Positions 44,295 through 54,735 of a DNA stretch of 64,000 nt are shown one piece after another. The notes below the pieces were generated by a model. The model was not told where the DNA came from. It was given only the letters and a program-made list of their open reading frames with translations, and did not search any database. A program made the translations under genes and the position numbers. Position 1 is the first letter of the stretch. The number at the start of each line of letters is the position of its first letter. Origin of the DNA: an uncultured Acidobacteriota bacterium (GTDB lineage Bacteria; Acidobacteriota; Vicinamibacteria; Vicinamibacterales; CAVVIG01); contig CAVQFC010000002.1 in NCBI GenBank assembly GCA_963711765.1, positions 777,644-841,643 of the forward strand. The letters run 5' to 3'.

Positions 44295-45554
44295 TCAGGC
44301 GCCGCTCTCTTCGGAACGACACCCCGTGCGCCTCCGGCCCGAGCCACGTCACCACGAAGCGCGACGACGAACACGAGCGAGACGAGCCCGCCCATCGCCT
44401 GCGTGTAGGTGAACCGCTCGCCGAGCGCCGACTCGACGTAGGGAATGCTGGCCGCGAACATCACGCCGAGCTGATACGCGAAGCCCGGGAAAGAACCCGC
44501 GCAGATGGTTCGGCGACAGCTCGTTGATGTGCGCCGGAATCACGCCCCAGGCGCCCTGCACGAAGAACTGCATCAGGAATACGCCGATGAGAATCGCGCC
44601 ACGGGCTGTGGCCCGGCGATCCAGAACGGCACGACGCACGAGTGCCGAAGACCATCGGCGATCATCATCGCGCGCCGCCGGCCGGCGCGGTCCGAGTAGT
44701 AACCGAAGACCAGGCCGCCGAGAATCGCGCCGACGCCGGCGAGCATCGTGATGTCGGCGATCTGCGTCTTGGCGTAGCCGACCGTGCCGAGCAGCGTCGG
44801 GTACATGTCCTGCGTGCCGTGCGACATGAAGTTCATCATCGTCATCAGCAGCACGAGGTAGACGAAGCGCTGCCAGTACACCGGCAGCGAACTGCAGATA
44901 GCTGTTCCAGTCGGTCCGGTGCTCGTGCCACGCCTCCGACTCCTTCACGTTGCGCGCGGATGAACAGCGACAGCAGCGCCGGCAGCCCGCCGAGGAAGAA
45001 CATCAGGCGCCAGCCGTTGCCCGGGATAGCAGCGCGTTGAAGGTACGGGTAGACCAGCCGGAACGCGAGCGCGGCGAGCAGGTTGCCGAGCGCGTAGCCT
45101 TCCTGCAGCAGGCCCGAGAGCAGGCCGCGCAGCCGCGGCGACGCCGACTCGAGCGCCAGCGACGCGCCGACGCCCCACTCGCCGCCCATGCCGATGCCGA
45201 ACAGCATGCGCAGCGAGCAGGAACGCCTGATAGCTCGGCGCCAGACCCGGAGAGCACCGAGATGACGGCGTAGAAGATCACGTTGATCATCAGCGGCAGC
45301 CGGCGCCCGAGCCGGTCGGCCATGATGCCGAAGATGATCGCGCCGAGCGGACGCGTGGCCAGCGCGACGGTCAGCGTGAACGCGATGTCCGGACGCGAGC
45401 GGCCGAACGACTTCGCGATGTCGTCGATGACGAGCGTGAGGATGAAGAAGTCGAACGCGTCGAGCGTCCAGCCGAGAAAACCGGCGAGGACGGCGTTGCG
45501 CTGATTCTTGCGCTGCTCCTTCGTCATCGGCGCCGCGACGCTGCTGTTGTTCAT
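44295..45554 (-). pseudogene. MFS transporter (metabolite:H+ symporter-like), about eight frame breaks
   Basis: The segments 'FGIMADRLGRRLPL', 'RMLFGIGMGGEWG', 'GWRLMFFLGGLPALL', 'VYWQRFVYLVLLMTMMNF', 'FLMQFFVQGAWGVIPAHINEL' and 'FAASIPYVESALG' each lie in a different frame from their neighbour. Confidence 0.7.
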
Positions 45555-45570
45555 CGAGAGTGAGGATACC

Positions 45571-47041
45571 TCAGGACCTTGGTGCCAGAGCGAGATGCGC
45601 GGCGCCGGCGACGAAGAAGCCGACGAACCACGCGTAGTCGAAGAGCGGCTTGAGCGCCGGAATCACCAGACCGCCCCACGCGAAGAAGCAGCCGATCGCG
45701 GTGGCGGCGATGGCGCGCGGTGTTCCAGCCGCCGATATTCGCCGGCGGCGAGGTAGAGATCTTCCAGATCGCAGCGTCCGGCGCCGGACGATCCAGTAGT
45801 CGACCACCAGCACGCCGGCAATCGAGCCGAGGCCGCCGGAGTACCCGAGCAGCCAGGTGTAGATGTAGCCGGATGGATCGGCGAGCAGCCGCCACGGCTG
45901 AATCGCGATGCCGAGCAGGCCGGTGATCAGGCCGCCGGTCTTGAAGCTGATCAGACGCGGAAACGCGTTGGCGAAATCGTTGGCCGGCGACACCACGTTC
46001 GCCGCGATGTTGACCGCGATGGTCGCGACCACGACCGTGAACATCGAGATCGCCACCACCACCGGCGAGCTGAATCGTCCGACCAGCTGCACCGGATCCC
46101 AGATCGATTCGCCGTAGATGATCGCGGTCGCGCTGGTGATCATCACGCCCATCGCCGCGAACAGCGACATCGTCGTCGGCAGCGCGACCACCTGGCCGAT
46201 GATCTGCTCGCGCTGGCTCTTGCCGAAGCGGGTGAAGTCCGGCATGTTCAGCGACAGCGTCGCCCAGTAGCCGATCATCGCCGTCAGCGACGGCACGAAG
46301 ACCGGCATGAATTCGGCGAGCGTGTGAAACTTGCCCGGCTGCGCCAGCAGCGGACCGAGACCGTTGGCGCGCGACACCGCCCACCACAACAAGCGCCGCC
46401 GTCATCACCAGCACGAACGGCGCGGCCCAGTTCTCGACCGCGCGCAGCAGATCCATGCCGCGATAGATGATGAAGACGTTGAGGCTCCAGAACAGCAGGA
46501 ACGACAGCCATTCGGTGGTGGTGTGTCCGGCGACACCCGCGCCGAGCAGCAGCGGCCACGCCGGCATCACGGTCCGGAAAAACGTCTGCAGCGCTTCACC
46601 GCCGATCCAGGCCTGGATCCCGAACCATCCGCAGGCGACCAGCGCCCGCATCAACGCCGGCACGTTCGACCCGAGCGTGCCGTAGGCCGCTCGCGCGAAC
46701 ACCGGAAACGGAATCCCGTACTTGGTGCCGGGATGCGAATTCAACAGGATCGGAATCAGGACGATGGTGTTGCCAAGCAGGATGGTGAAGAGCGCCTGCG
46801 ACCAGTTCATGCCGGACGCCATCAGCCCGGACGCCAGCATGTAGGTGGGAATACAATGCGCCATGCTGACCCACAGCGCGGCGTAGTTGTAGGTCGACCA
46901 GGTGCGCCGGGACAGCGGAACCGGCGCCAGATCCTCGTTGTAGAGCGGGCTGGCCTCGATACGGCGGGTGTCGATCAACTCGACCCGTCCGTCAGCCAGC
47001 CGTCTTTCGTTCGCCATCGTCTGAACAGGAGTTCCGGTCAT
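45571..47041 (-). pseudogene. NCS1 family nucleobase/allantoin:cation symporter, about three frame breaks
   Basis: The N-terminal 230 aa are in ORF 45551..47041 ('NEDLAPVP...RTWSTYNYAALWVSMAHCIPTY'). The remainder is in ORF 45571..46392, with an out-of-frame patch around 45740-45790. The first break is near 46390. Confidence 0.8.
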
Positions 47042-47076
47042 CGGGGCTCATTGTGCCACCGTGCAGGAGGTTTTTG

Positions 47077-47985
47077 ATGACGCCGTTTCCTCGTGCGCTG
47101 TCGCTTGCTGCCCTCGTGTCGATGGTCCTCCCTCTCCATGCAGCGCCACAATCAAAGAACAACAAGAAGCCACAGACGCGCCAGATCTTCCTGACCGTCA
47201 CCGGCAGCTCGGGCGAGCCAGTGCTCGACCTCACCACCAGTAACTTCGAAATTTCGGAAGGCGGGACCAAACGCACGGTATTGCGGGCGGGCCTGGCGAC
47301 TAATCCGATGCGCATCGCGTTGATGGTGGACACCAGTGACGCCGCGAACGCCGCCATCGCGCATATCCGAACCGGGGTGGTTGCCTTTCTCGAAACGCTG
47401 GCGCCTGAACAGGAAGTCATGTTGGTGACGACGGGCCGCCAGATGCGCGTTCGCGTGCCGTTCACGACGGACCGGAAGAAGCTGGTCTCGGCTGCCGGCG
47501 GGCTGTTCGGCGACGGCGCGGGTACGCCGTTGATGGACGCTCTGGTGGAGATCGACCAGCGCTTCATGAGCAAGGCCGACGATCGCTGGCCGGTATTCGT
47601 GATCGTGACCACTGACGGCACCGAGAGCAGCACGGGAGTCCAGGACAAGGAATTCAATCGATGGGTCGAGAGCCTGCGCTATCGTGCAGCGACGGTCGAG
47701 GCGATCACGATCAAGACCAAGGGAAACGGCGGACTCCCGGAAGTGATCGCGATGAACGCGTCCACCAACACCGGCGGTCACTACGACTCCATCCTGGTCA
47801 GCAACGCGCTGCCCGACAAGCTCAAGACTCTGGCGACGCAGATGAACGTCGATTTCGAGAAGATGCGAACGCGCTATCAGGTCGACTTCGAGACGGAGAC
47901 GGCTGGACCGCTCTCGAATGTCGAAGCCGGCGTCAATCGCGAAGGCGTGAAGATGCAGGTGTCGTATCAGCGTCGCTTTCAGTGA
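47077..47985 (+). CDS. secreted VWA-domain protein (acidobacterial VWFA-related type)
   Basis: AGGAGG RBS, ATG 47077, signal 'LSLAALVSMVLPLHAAP'. 'IALMVDTSDAANAAI' and 'VFVIVTTDGTESS' are MIDAS-like. Confidence 0.75.
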   Translation: MTPFPRALSLAALVSMVLPLHAAPQSKNNKKPQTRQIFLTVTGSSGEPVLDLTTSNFEISEGGTKRTVLRAGLATNPMRIALMVDTSDAANAAIAHIRTGVVAFLETLAPEQEVMLVTTGRQMRVRVPFTTDRKKLVSAAGGLFGDGAGTPLMDALVEIDQRFMSKADDRWPVFVIVTTDGTESSTGVQDKEFNRWVESLRYRAATVEAITIKTKGNGGLPEVIAMNASTNTGGHYDSILVSNALPDKLKTLATQMNVDFEKMRTRYQVDFETETAGPLSNVEAGVNREGVKMQVSYQRRFQ

Positions 47986-48021
47986 CCGCCGGCGCCGGCG
48001 CGCGGACTATACTTTTCGCGC

Positions 48022-49326
48022 ATGAGCGACACGTCGATTCCCGACGCCGCGAGGGCCTCGCTGCTCGACGCACTGGACAAGGCCAACGCCCGCGGCGCCG
48101 CGGTTTTCCCTGGAGAATCGCCGGCGCGTCAGCCGGTCCACACCGTTTATGGTGGCGCGCACCTCTTCGCCGCGGACGCGGCACAGAAGCTGGGCGGCGT
48201 GGCGCTGCGCGCATTGCGGGAGCACGCGCCTGACCCGGCGACGCTTGCCGCTGCGCTCGATCTCGACGTCACCCTCGCCGCCCGCATCTACCCCCGCCTC
48301 GTCGAAAAACTGACGCGGGAGCCGGTCGAGGACTTCCGGATCGACTTCGAGGACGGCTTCGGCACCCGTCCCGACGTCGAAGAAGATGGCTTCGCGCAGT
48401 CCACCGCCGACGCGGTCGCGGCGGCGCTCGAGGCGGGCACGCTGCCACCGGCGATCGGTATCCGGATCAAGACGTTCAGCGAAGAGATGAAGCGTCGCAG
48501 CCTGCGGACCTTCGATCTCTTCCTGACGCGACTGCTCGACCGCACCGGCGGCGCGCTGCCGCCGAACTTCGTCGTCACACTGCCGAAAATCACGTCGCCC
48601 GAACAGGTCGCGGCCATGGCGTCGGCCTGCGACGTGTTCGAGTTCCGCCGGGACATGACCGCGGGACTGCTGCGCTTCGAGTTGATGATCGAAACGACGC
48701 AGTCGGTGTTCGCTGCCGACGGCACCGTGGCGCTGCCGCGTCTGGTCGCCGAAGGCCGCGGACGAATCGTCGCCGCGCATTTCGGCACCTACGATTACAC
48801 CGCTGCCTGCGGCATCACGGCGGCGCACCAGCACATGCTGCACCCGGCGTGCGACTTCGCAAAGAATGTCATGCAGGTCGCGCTCGCCGGCACCGGCATC
48901 TGGCTGTCGGACGGCGCTACCAACATCATGCCGGTCGGATCGCGGGGGTCGGTCCACGCCGCGTGGCGGCTGCACGCCGCGCACATCCGGCATTCGCTCG
49001 AAACCGGCTTCTATCAGGGATGGGACCTGCATCCGGCGCAGCTGGTGAGCCGCTACGCGACCGTCTTCGCGTTTTTTCTCGAGGGCCTGGACGCCGCATC
49101 CGGGCGGCTGAAGAACTTCGTCGAGAAGGCGGCGCAGGCGACGCTGGTCGGCGACGTGTTCGATGACGCAGCGACCGGACAGGGCCTGCTCAACTATTTC
49201 CTGCGCGCCACCAACTGCGGCGCCATCGACGAGAACGAAGCGATCGCGATGAGCGGGCTCACGCTCGACGAACTTCGCGGCCGCTCGTTCGTGAAGATCC
49301 TGGCGTCGCGACGCGCGGCGTCATAG
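48022..49326 (+). CDS. HpcH/CitE-like TIM-barrel protein (DUF6986-like), function unknown
   Basis: 434 aa. 'FRIDFEDGFG', 'VTLPKITSPEQV', 'ELMIETTQSVF' and 'AAHFGTYDYTAACG' resemble the CitE/HpcH/malyl-CoA-lyase metal and substrate motifs. Confidence 0.55.
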   Translation: MSDTSIPDAARASLLDALDKANARGAAVFPGESPARQPVHTVYGGAHLFAADAAQKLGGVALRALREHAPDPATLAAALDLDVTLAARIYPRLVEKLTREPVEDFRIDFEDGFGTRPDVEEDGFAQSTADAVAAALEAGTLPPAIGIRIKTFSEEMKRRSLRTFDLFLTRLLDRTGGALPPNFVVTLPKITSPEQVAAMASACDVFEFRRDMTAGLLRFELMIETTQSVFAADGTVALPRLVAEGRGRIVAAHFGTYDYTAACGITAAHQHMLHPACDFAKNVMQVALAGTGIWLSDGATNIMPVGSRGSVHAAWRLHAAHIRHSLETGFYQGWDLHPAQLVSRYATVFAFFLEGLDAASGRLKNFVEKAAQATLVGDVFDDAATGQGLLNYFLRATNCGAIDENEAIAMSGLTLDELRGRSFVKILASRRAAS

Positions 49327-49348
49327 CGTGTAGCGCGGCCTTCCTGTG

Positions 49349-49400
49349 GCGCGACCCTTTCAGGGTCGCGTGAGACGCGGGCCTGAAAGGCCCGCGCTAC
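49349..49400. repeat. REP-like composite (2 hairpins)
   Basis: ggcgcgaccctttcagggtcgcgtgagacgcgggcctgaaaggcccgcgctac, near-identical to 5701-5752. Confidence 0.7.
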
Positions 49401-50507
49401 GAAGAATAGCCCTCGGCTTCGTATCCGCCGCGGTAGTCCTTTTCGGTCGGCCGTCGAATCTTCGACTGCGCGACGACACGATCGCGGCGCAGGCCGACGA
49501 TGTCCTTCAGACTGGTCCAGCCGCTGTCGGCGTGTTGTTCGAGGAAGCTCGCAAGCCCGTGTTCAGCTCCTTGATCACGTTCGGGCCCATCGCGTGATCG
49601 AGCATCGCAGCGGTGCACACCTGCACCGTGCCGCATCCGAGCAGGAAGTAGTTCAGCGCGTGCTCGAACGTCGAGATGCCGCCGATGCCGGAAAAGCTGC
49701 GGTCAGGGAACGCCTGCGTCAGCTGCGACATCTTGGCGAGCGACAGCGGCAGGATCGCCGGACCGCCGAGACCGCCGGTCGACACCAGGCCGTCGACGTT
49801 GACCTCGAAATCCAGCGTCTCGGGATCGATCAGCGGCAGCGACGTGAACGTGTTGGACGACACGATCGCGTCGGCGCCGCCCAGAAAGGCGCCGCGCGCC
49901 TCGACGACGATGTCGGTCGTTGACGGCGTGAGCTTGGCCCAGACCGGAATCCGCGCGACCTCCTTCACGACTTTCGTCACGATCGACACCAGCTCCTGGT
50001 CCTTGCCGACGTTGGAGCCCATGTCCGGCCGGTCCATGTGCGGACAGGACAGGTTCAATTCGAGCGCGTCGCAGCCTTCGTCCTGGCACGCCGTCGCCAG
50101 CGTCTGCCAGTGCCTCAGCTCCGTGTCGTTGCCGGAGCCGGCCATGATCGACGCGACCAGCACGTGATCCGGGAAGCGCCTTCTTGATGCGGCCGAGCCG
50201 CGGCACCCACCAGTCGAGCGTCTTGTCCGAGATCAGCTCCCAGTTCCACGACGAGTGCAGCGCGGCGCCGGGTCGCTTCTTCATCGACAGCCGCGGCGAG
50301 TCGGCGTCCGCGCGCAGGAACTTCGTCTTCGGGCCGAAGACGTTGACCACCGGGTGCAGGCCGATCGTCTTGGTGACCACACCGCCCCACCCGGCTTCGA
50401 ACGCGCGGACGATGTTCGACTCCGATTCGGTCGGCGGCGCCGACGACAGGAGGAACGGATTCGGACATCGCACGCCGGTGAACGTGCGTCGAAAGGTCGA
50501 CGGCCAT
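49397..50507 (-). pseudogene. dihydropyrimidine dehydrogenase PreA-like / DHODH-family FMN enzyme, about three frame breaks
   Basis: 'MAVDLST', 'FTGVRCPNPFLLSSAPPT...', 'ELNLSCPHM...GGADAIVSSNT...GGLGGPAILP' and the tail '...GLASFLEQHADSGW' lie in different frames. Breaks are near 50483, 50172 and 49560. Confidence 0.7.
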
Positions 50508-50512
50508 CGGGA

Positions 50513-51346
50513 CTATCTCCTGATCGTGGCTTCGATCAACCCGAACGGCTGATCGGTTGCGACGAACACGTCGTTCGGGTTGTCGAGGCCGAACGGCTTC
50601 AGATCGACCAGCAGGTGATGCCGGTTCGGCAACGTGAGCGTCGTCTCGGTGACGTCGGCGCAGGCCGCGAGCGCCGCTTCGCCCATCGCGTAGAGCGTGT
50701 GCTGGACCGACCGGCTGTGGTGCGCGGCGAAGGTGTCAACCAGGGCCGCCCGGACGCGTTCGCGCGCCGTGAAGTCGCTGGTGCCGGCCCGATACGTCCA
50801 GGTCGCCGTCAGCGACGTGGCGAGGATGCGATCGTCGGTGTCGGGCAGCGTTGTGTAGCGATCGCGCGGAAATCCAGAAAATCCCGAGTCCGACGTTTTC
50901 AACAGGACCAGGTTGGTGACGCCGGATGTGATCGTGTCTGCCTGCTCGTCCCGGGTCACGACGGCGGTCCACTGCTCGCCGCCGGCCTGGACAAACGCGT
51001 GCGGATGTGGACGTCCGCCCGCGGCAAGCCTCGTCCACGGGCTCTCGACCGCGGTGATGCGCGCGCGCGACACCGCAGGCACGGCGAGAAAGTGGTTCGC
51101 CAGCCGCTGCGCGAATGTCTCGACGTGAGCGATCGGATCCTGGCGCGCCAGCGCATAGACCGTATTCTTCATCGTGTCGGTCGCCAGGCACGACTCGTTG
51201 TTGCCGTCGGTGTACACCGGATCGAACGCGCCCTCCAGCTGCACGTCGAGGGTCAGATCGACGATGTGGTGTGATTCGGGCGAGCGGTGCACCTTCACCA
51301 GCCGGATGCGCGATTTTCCGTAACGATTCCAAATCAGTTCGGCCAT
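50513..51346 (-). CDS. urate oxidase (factor-independent urate hydroxylase)
   Basis: 'YGKSRIRLVKV', 'VYTDGNNESCLATDTMKNTVYALA' and a tandem T-fold architecture. Confidence 0.85.
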   Translation of the reverse strand: MAELIWNRYGKSRIRLVKVHRSPESHHIVDLTLDVQLEGAFDPVYTDGNNESCLATDTMKNTVYALARQDPIAHVETFAQRLANHFLAVPAVSRARITAVESPWTRLAAGGRPHPHAFVQAGGEQWTAVVTRDEQADTITSGVTNLVLLKTSDSGFSGFPRDRYTTLPDTDDRILATSLTATWTYRAGTSDFTARERVRAALVDTFAAHHSRSVQHTLYAMGEAALAACADVTETTLTLPNRHHLLVDLKPFGLDNPNDVFVATDQPFGLIEATIRR

Positions 51347-51356
51347 CGTGGTGTCT

Positions 51357-51692
51357 CTAGGCGCCGCGATACGTGCTATACCCGAACGGGCTGAGCAGCA
51401 GCGGGATGTGGTAGTGGTCGTCGGGATCGCGGACGTTGAAGGTGATGGTCATTTCCGGAAAGAACGGCACGGAGATGCCGTGCTGCCGCTGGTAGCTGCC
51501 GATGTCGAACATCAGCCGATAGGTGCCGGGCGCCACCGGTCCACTTGGCGCCAGTGACGACAACCGCCCGGTCATGTCCGTTTCGCCGCGACCAACCGGC
51601 GCCCACTGGCTCGCCTGCCGGATTTCGAGAATCACCGTGACACCGGCCGCGGGCAGACCCGAGGCGATGTCGATTACGTGGGTCGTGATCAT
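51357..51692 (-). CDS. uraH: 5-hydroxyisourate hydrolase (transthyretin-like)
   Basis: 'THVIDIASGLPAAG' and the C-terminal 'YHIPLLLSPFGYSTYRGA'. Confidence 0.85.
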   Translation of the reverse strand: MITTHVIDIASGLPAAGVTVILEIRQASQWAPVGRGETDMTGRLSSLAPSGPVAPGTYRLMFDIGSYQRQHGISVPFFPEMTITFNVRDPDDHYHIPLLLSPFGYSTYRGA

Positions 51693-52240
51693 GTTGTCGT
51701 CACCTGCTCCGTCGCCACCAGCTTCGCCAGCCGCAGCGCGAGGATTCGCCGCTGCTCGTCTGCGGCCACACTCAGCTCCGCGGCGGGATCGTTCTGCATC
51801 CGCCGCTCGAGCGCCTCGAGCATCTCTCCGGCCGTCCTGCCGGTCGCGCAGATGATGAAAATGTAACCGAACCTGGCCGCGTACGCGGCATTTGCCTCGG
51901 CCAGCCGACGCCGCGTCATGTCGGCGGCGTCAGCCATGCCTGCCTGTTCCTGGCCGGACCAGGACCGTGGATCCTTTCGGTCGTCAGGCCCCGCCGCGCC
52001 AGTCGGTGCCGAGCCCGCTCCGGTGCTGGCGCCAATCTTCGGGTGCGAGGCAAACGCTTCGAGCCAGTCAGCGGCGTCAAGCGCATCCCAGATTGCTTCG
52101 CCTCGCGCGATCATCGTCTTCACGTCAGCGAACGGCCTCGCCTCGGACATCAATCGTGCCCAGCGCGACGAGCCGCAGCACATGAGGAAATCACGCCTGG
52201 CCGAGTCGACGTCGATGGCATTCAGCTCCGCCAGCCGCAT
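51689..52240 (-). CDS. uraD: OHCU decarboxylase
   Basis: Start at 'MRLAELN'. 'CCGSSRWARLM' and 'FASHPKIGA' are present. It overlaps the uraH start. Confidence 0.8.
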   Translation of the reverse strand: MRLAELNAIDVDSARRDFLMCCGSSRWARLMSEARPFADVKTMIARGEAIWDALDAADWLEAFASHPKIGASTGAGSAPTGAAGPDDRKDPRSWSGQEQAGMADAADMTRRRLAEANAAYAARFGYIFIICATGRTAGEMLEALERRMQNDPAAELSVAADEQRRILALRLAKLVATEQVTTT

Positions 52241-52286
52241 CGCCGAACCTTCCCTGGTGCAGTTTTCACCGCCGCGAACCATTGGT

Positions 52287-52328
52287 GTCCGCCTTCAGGC
52301 GGACCTCAACGGCCGGCTGAAGCCGGCC
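52287..52328. repeat. REP-like hairpin pair
   Basis: gtccgccttcaggcggac (52287-52304) and ggccggctgaagccggcc (52311-52328), between allantoicase and uraD. Confidence 0.7.
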
Positions 52329-52360
52329 ACCACGTCGAGAGTTGCCAACCGCGCACGCGG

Positions 52361-53359
52361 TCATCGAGGCCGCCCGAACAGACGTAGCCGGCCAACGCCA
52401 CCGTCCGGAAAAATATTCAGCCTGACATGCGTGACGTCACCGATCGAGAAGAGCTGATCCTCGAATTCGTTGCGCGCATCGGGCTGCAGCGGCGAGCGCG
52501 GCAGCAACTCGGACCAGGCGAGCGCCGGATCGTCATGGCTCTGGGACGCCGCAAGGACAGCCGCGTCCAGGCTGCACGCGCCGGGCGCATTCCCCTTGAA
52601 GTGGCGCGTGTCCACCTCGACGCGCCGGATCGCGCCGTGGGCACCAAGCCGGACGATCGTCCAGTCATGGCCGGGCCCGCGCCGCCGCCTGGTTTCCCAG
52701 CCCTCGCCCATATGCGCGGCATCGCCCGGCATGATCAGGTTGTGCCGGGAGCCGTAGAACATGTCGCTGCAGGCCACGACGGTGCCGCCGTACTCGGCGG
52801 CGGCCAGATCGACGTCGCCGCGGCGCTTGAGCCGATCCCAGTCGGCCGCGACATCGCCGTGGACGCGCAGTCGCGCCACGCCGCCGTCCGGATAAATCCG
52901 CAGACGCAGGTGTGTCGCCCGCGATCCGTCAGCGACAGTGATGAAATTGTGCCCATTGCCAACCAGCGCCGTGCGCGGCACCAGGGTGCGCCAGGCCGCC
53001 TGCGTCAGTGCGACGGCCGTCGGCAGGCCCGGAAGATCGCAGGCATCGATGGCGCACGCGGACGGATAGTTACCCGTGAAGTGCGCGGTGTCCACGTCGA
53101 TGCCCCGTACGATGCCCGGAACTCCGAGCCGGACGATGCACCAGTCGTAGTCGTCGGCGCGCGACTCGCGCAGGCGGCGGCTCTCCCAGCCGTCCATCCA
53201 CTTGCCACGCTCGGTGTACACGCCCTCGCGCCATTCCGGCGCCGACGCTTTGATCAGGTTCTCCTTGGCCGCGAAGAACTCGTCGTTGGCGGAGACGACG
53301 GCGCCACCCAGTCGCTCCGACGCGAGATCCACCAGATCGAGAAAAGAGTTCGAAGTCAT
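52361..53359 (-). CDS. alc: allantoicase
   Basis: Start at 'MTSNSFLDLVDLAS', with ATGA overlap with allantoinase. Two allantoicase repeats ('DGWESRR', 'EGWETRRRR'). Confidence 0.85.
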   Translation of the reverse strand: MTSNSFLDLVDLASERLGGAVVSANDEFFAAKENLIKASAPEWREGVYTERGKWMDGWESRRLRESRADDYDWCIVRLGVPGIVRGIDVDTAHFTGNYPSACAIDACDLPGLPTAVALTQAAWRTLVPRTALVGNGHNFITVADGSRATHLRLRIYPDGGVARLRVHGDVAADWDRLKRRGDVDLAAAEYGGTVVACSDMFYGSRHNLIMPGDAAHMGEGWETRRRRGPGHDWTIVRLGAHGAIRRVEVDTRHFKGNAPGACSLDAAVLAASQSHDDPALAWSELLPRSPLQPDARNEFEDQLFSIGDVTHVRLNIFPDGGVGRLRLFGRPR

Positions 53360-54732
53360 AGAAGCTGTCCGCCGTACGCCCGCACCAGCCGATTTCCGTC
53401 CCACACCCGCTCGCCACGCACGAACGTCGTCAGGACGGTACCAGACAGCGAGCGCCCCGCATAGGGGGTCAGCTTGTGACGCTGCTGCAGCCGCGCCGGA
53501 TCGACGACGAAGCGAGCCGCCGGGTCCCAGACGACGAGGTCAGCGTCCATGCCCGGCGCGATCCGTCCTTTCCGACCGCTCAGGCCGGCAAGCGCCGCCG
53601 GCGCTGCGCTCATCCACTGCGCGAGTTGCATCAACTCCGAATTCCCGAGGCTCAGCGGCGGAGCGCCCGGAGCGGCCCATTCAGCCATCAGACCCGTGGC
53701 GACCACCGGCAGCGACAACTCCAGCGACGCGATTCCGCCCCACGCCCTGGCAAAATCGCCGTGCGTCTTGAGCGGAGGTGGCGCGGGCGAGTGGTCGGTG
53801 ACAACCAGATCGAGCGCACCGCTCGCTAATCCGGCCCACAAGGCGCGGCGATGCGAGGCCTCGCGGATCGGCGGCGCACACTTGAATTCGGTCGCGCCGT
53901 TCGGAATCTCTTCGGCAGCGAACGTCAGGTAGTGCGGACACGTCTCCGCGGTGATCGGGACATGCTCCGCCCTGGCGGCCGCGATCAGATCGACGGCCTC
54001 GGCCGACGACACGTGAACGATGTGCGTGCGCACACGAAGCGCAGCCGACAGGCGAATCATCATGCGGACGGCCTCGACTTCCGAGGCGACGGGTCGCGAG
54101 GCCAGATAGGGTCCGTAGGGCGAATGGTCGGCATCGGCGGCGCCGCCCGGATACGTCGGGTTGACGATTCGCGCCGGGTTCTCTGCGTGGACCAGCAGCG
54201 GCACGGCGCGGCGCGCGAGCAGCGGCATGGCGCGCCGCAGGTCGGCCTCAGTGACCGCCGGGAACTCGTCAACGCCCGACGGGACCAGGAAGCACTTGAA
54301 GCCGAGAACGCCGGCGTCCACGAGGTCGTCGAGATCGCCGATGTTGCCGGGCACGACGCCGCCCCAGAAGCCGACGTCCACGTGACACTGCGTCTGCGCG
54401 ACGTCAACCTTTGCTTGATACGCCGCCGCGGTCGTCGTCGCAGGAACGCTGTTCAGCGGCATGTCCACGAGCGTCGTGACCCCGCCGGCCGCCGCCGCAC
54501 GCGTCGCGGTGTCGAACCCTTCCCACGCCGTGCGGCCCGGTTCGTTGATGTGGACGTGCGTGTCCACGAGACCCGGTGACACGACCATGTCACCGGCGTC
54601 GAAGACGTCCGCGCCGGTGGGGTCGTCGCCGGGATAGTCGACGATGCGCTGAACGACACCGTCCTCGATCTGCAGCGTCGCCGGTCGGACGCCGTGTGGC
54701 AGAACGACGCGGGTGCCGCGGACGATCAGCAT
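53356..54732 (-). CDS. allB: allantoinase
   Basis: 'PGLVDTHVHINEPGRTAWEGF' and 'GFKCFL' are cyclic amidohydrolase blocks. Confidence 0.85.
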   Translation of the reverse strand: MLIVRGTRVVLPHGVRPATLQIEDGVVQRIVDYPGDDPTGADVFDAGDMVVSPGLVDTHVHINEPGRTAWEGFDTATRAAAAGGVTTLVDMPLNSVPATTTAAAYQAKVDVAQTQCHVDVGFWGGVVPGNIGDLDDLVDAGVLGFKCFLVPSGVDEFPAVTEADLRRAMPLLARRAVPLLVHAENPARIVNPTYPGGAADADHSPYGPYLASRPVASEVEAVRMMIRLSAALRVRTHIVHVSSAEAVDLIAAARAEHVPITAETCPHYLTFAAEEIPNGATEFKCAPPIREASHRRALWAGLASGALDLVVTDHSPAPPPLKTHGDFARAWGGIASLELSLPVVATGLMAEWAAPGAPPLSLGNSELMQLAQWMSAAPAALAGLSGRKGRIAPGMDADLVVWDPAARFVVDPARLQQRHKLTPYAGRSLSGTVLTTFVRGERVWDGNRLVRAYGGQLL

Positions 54733-54735
54733 TCG

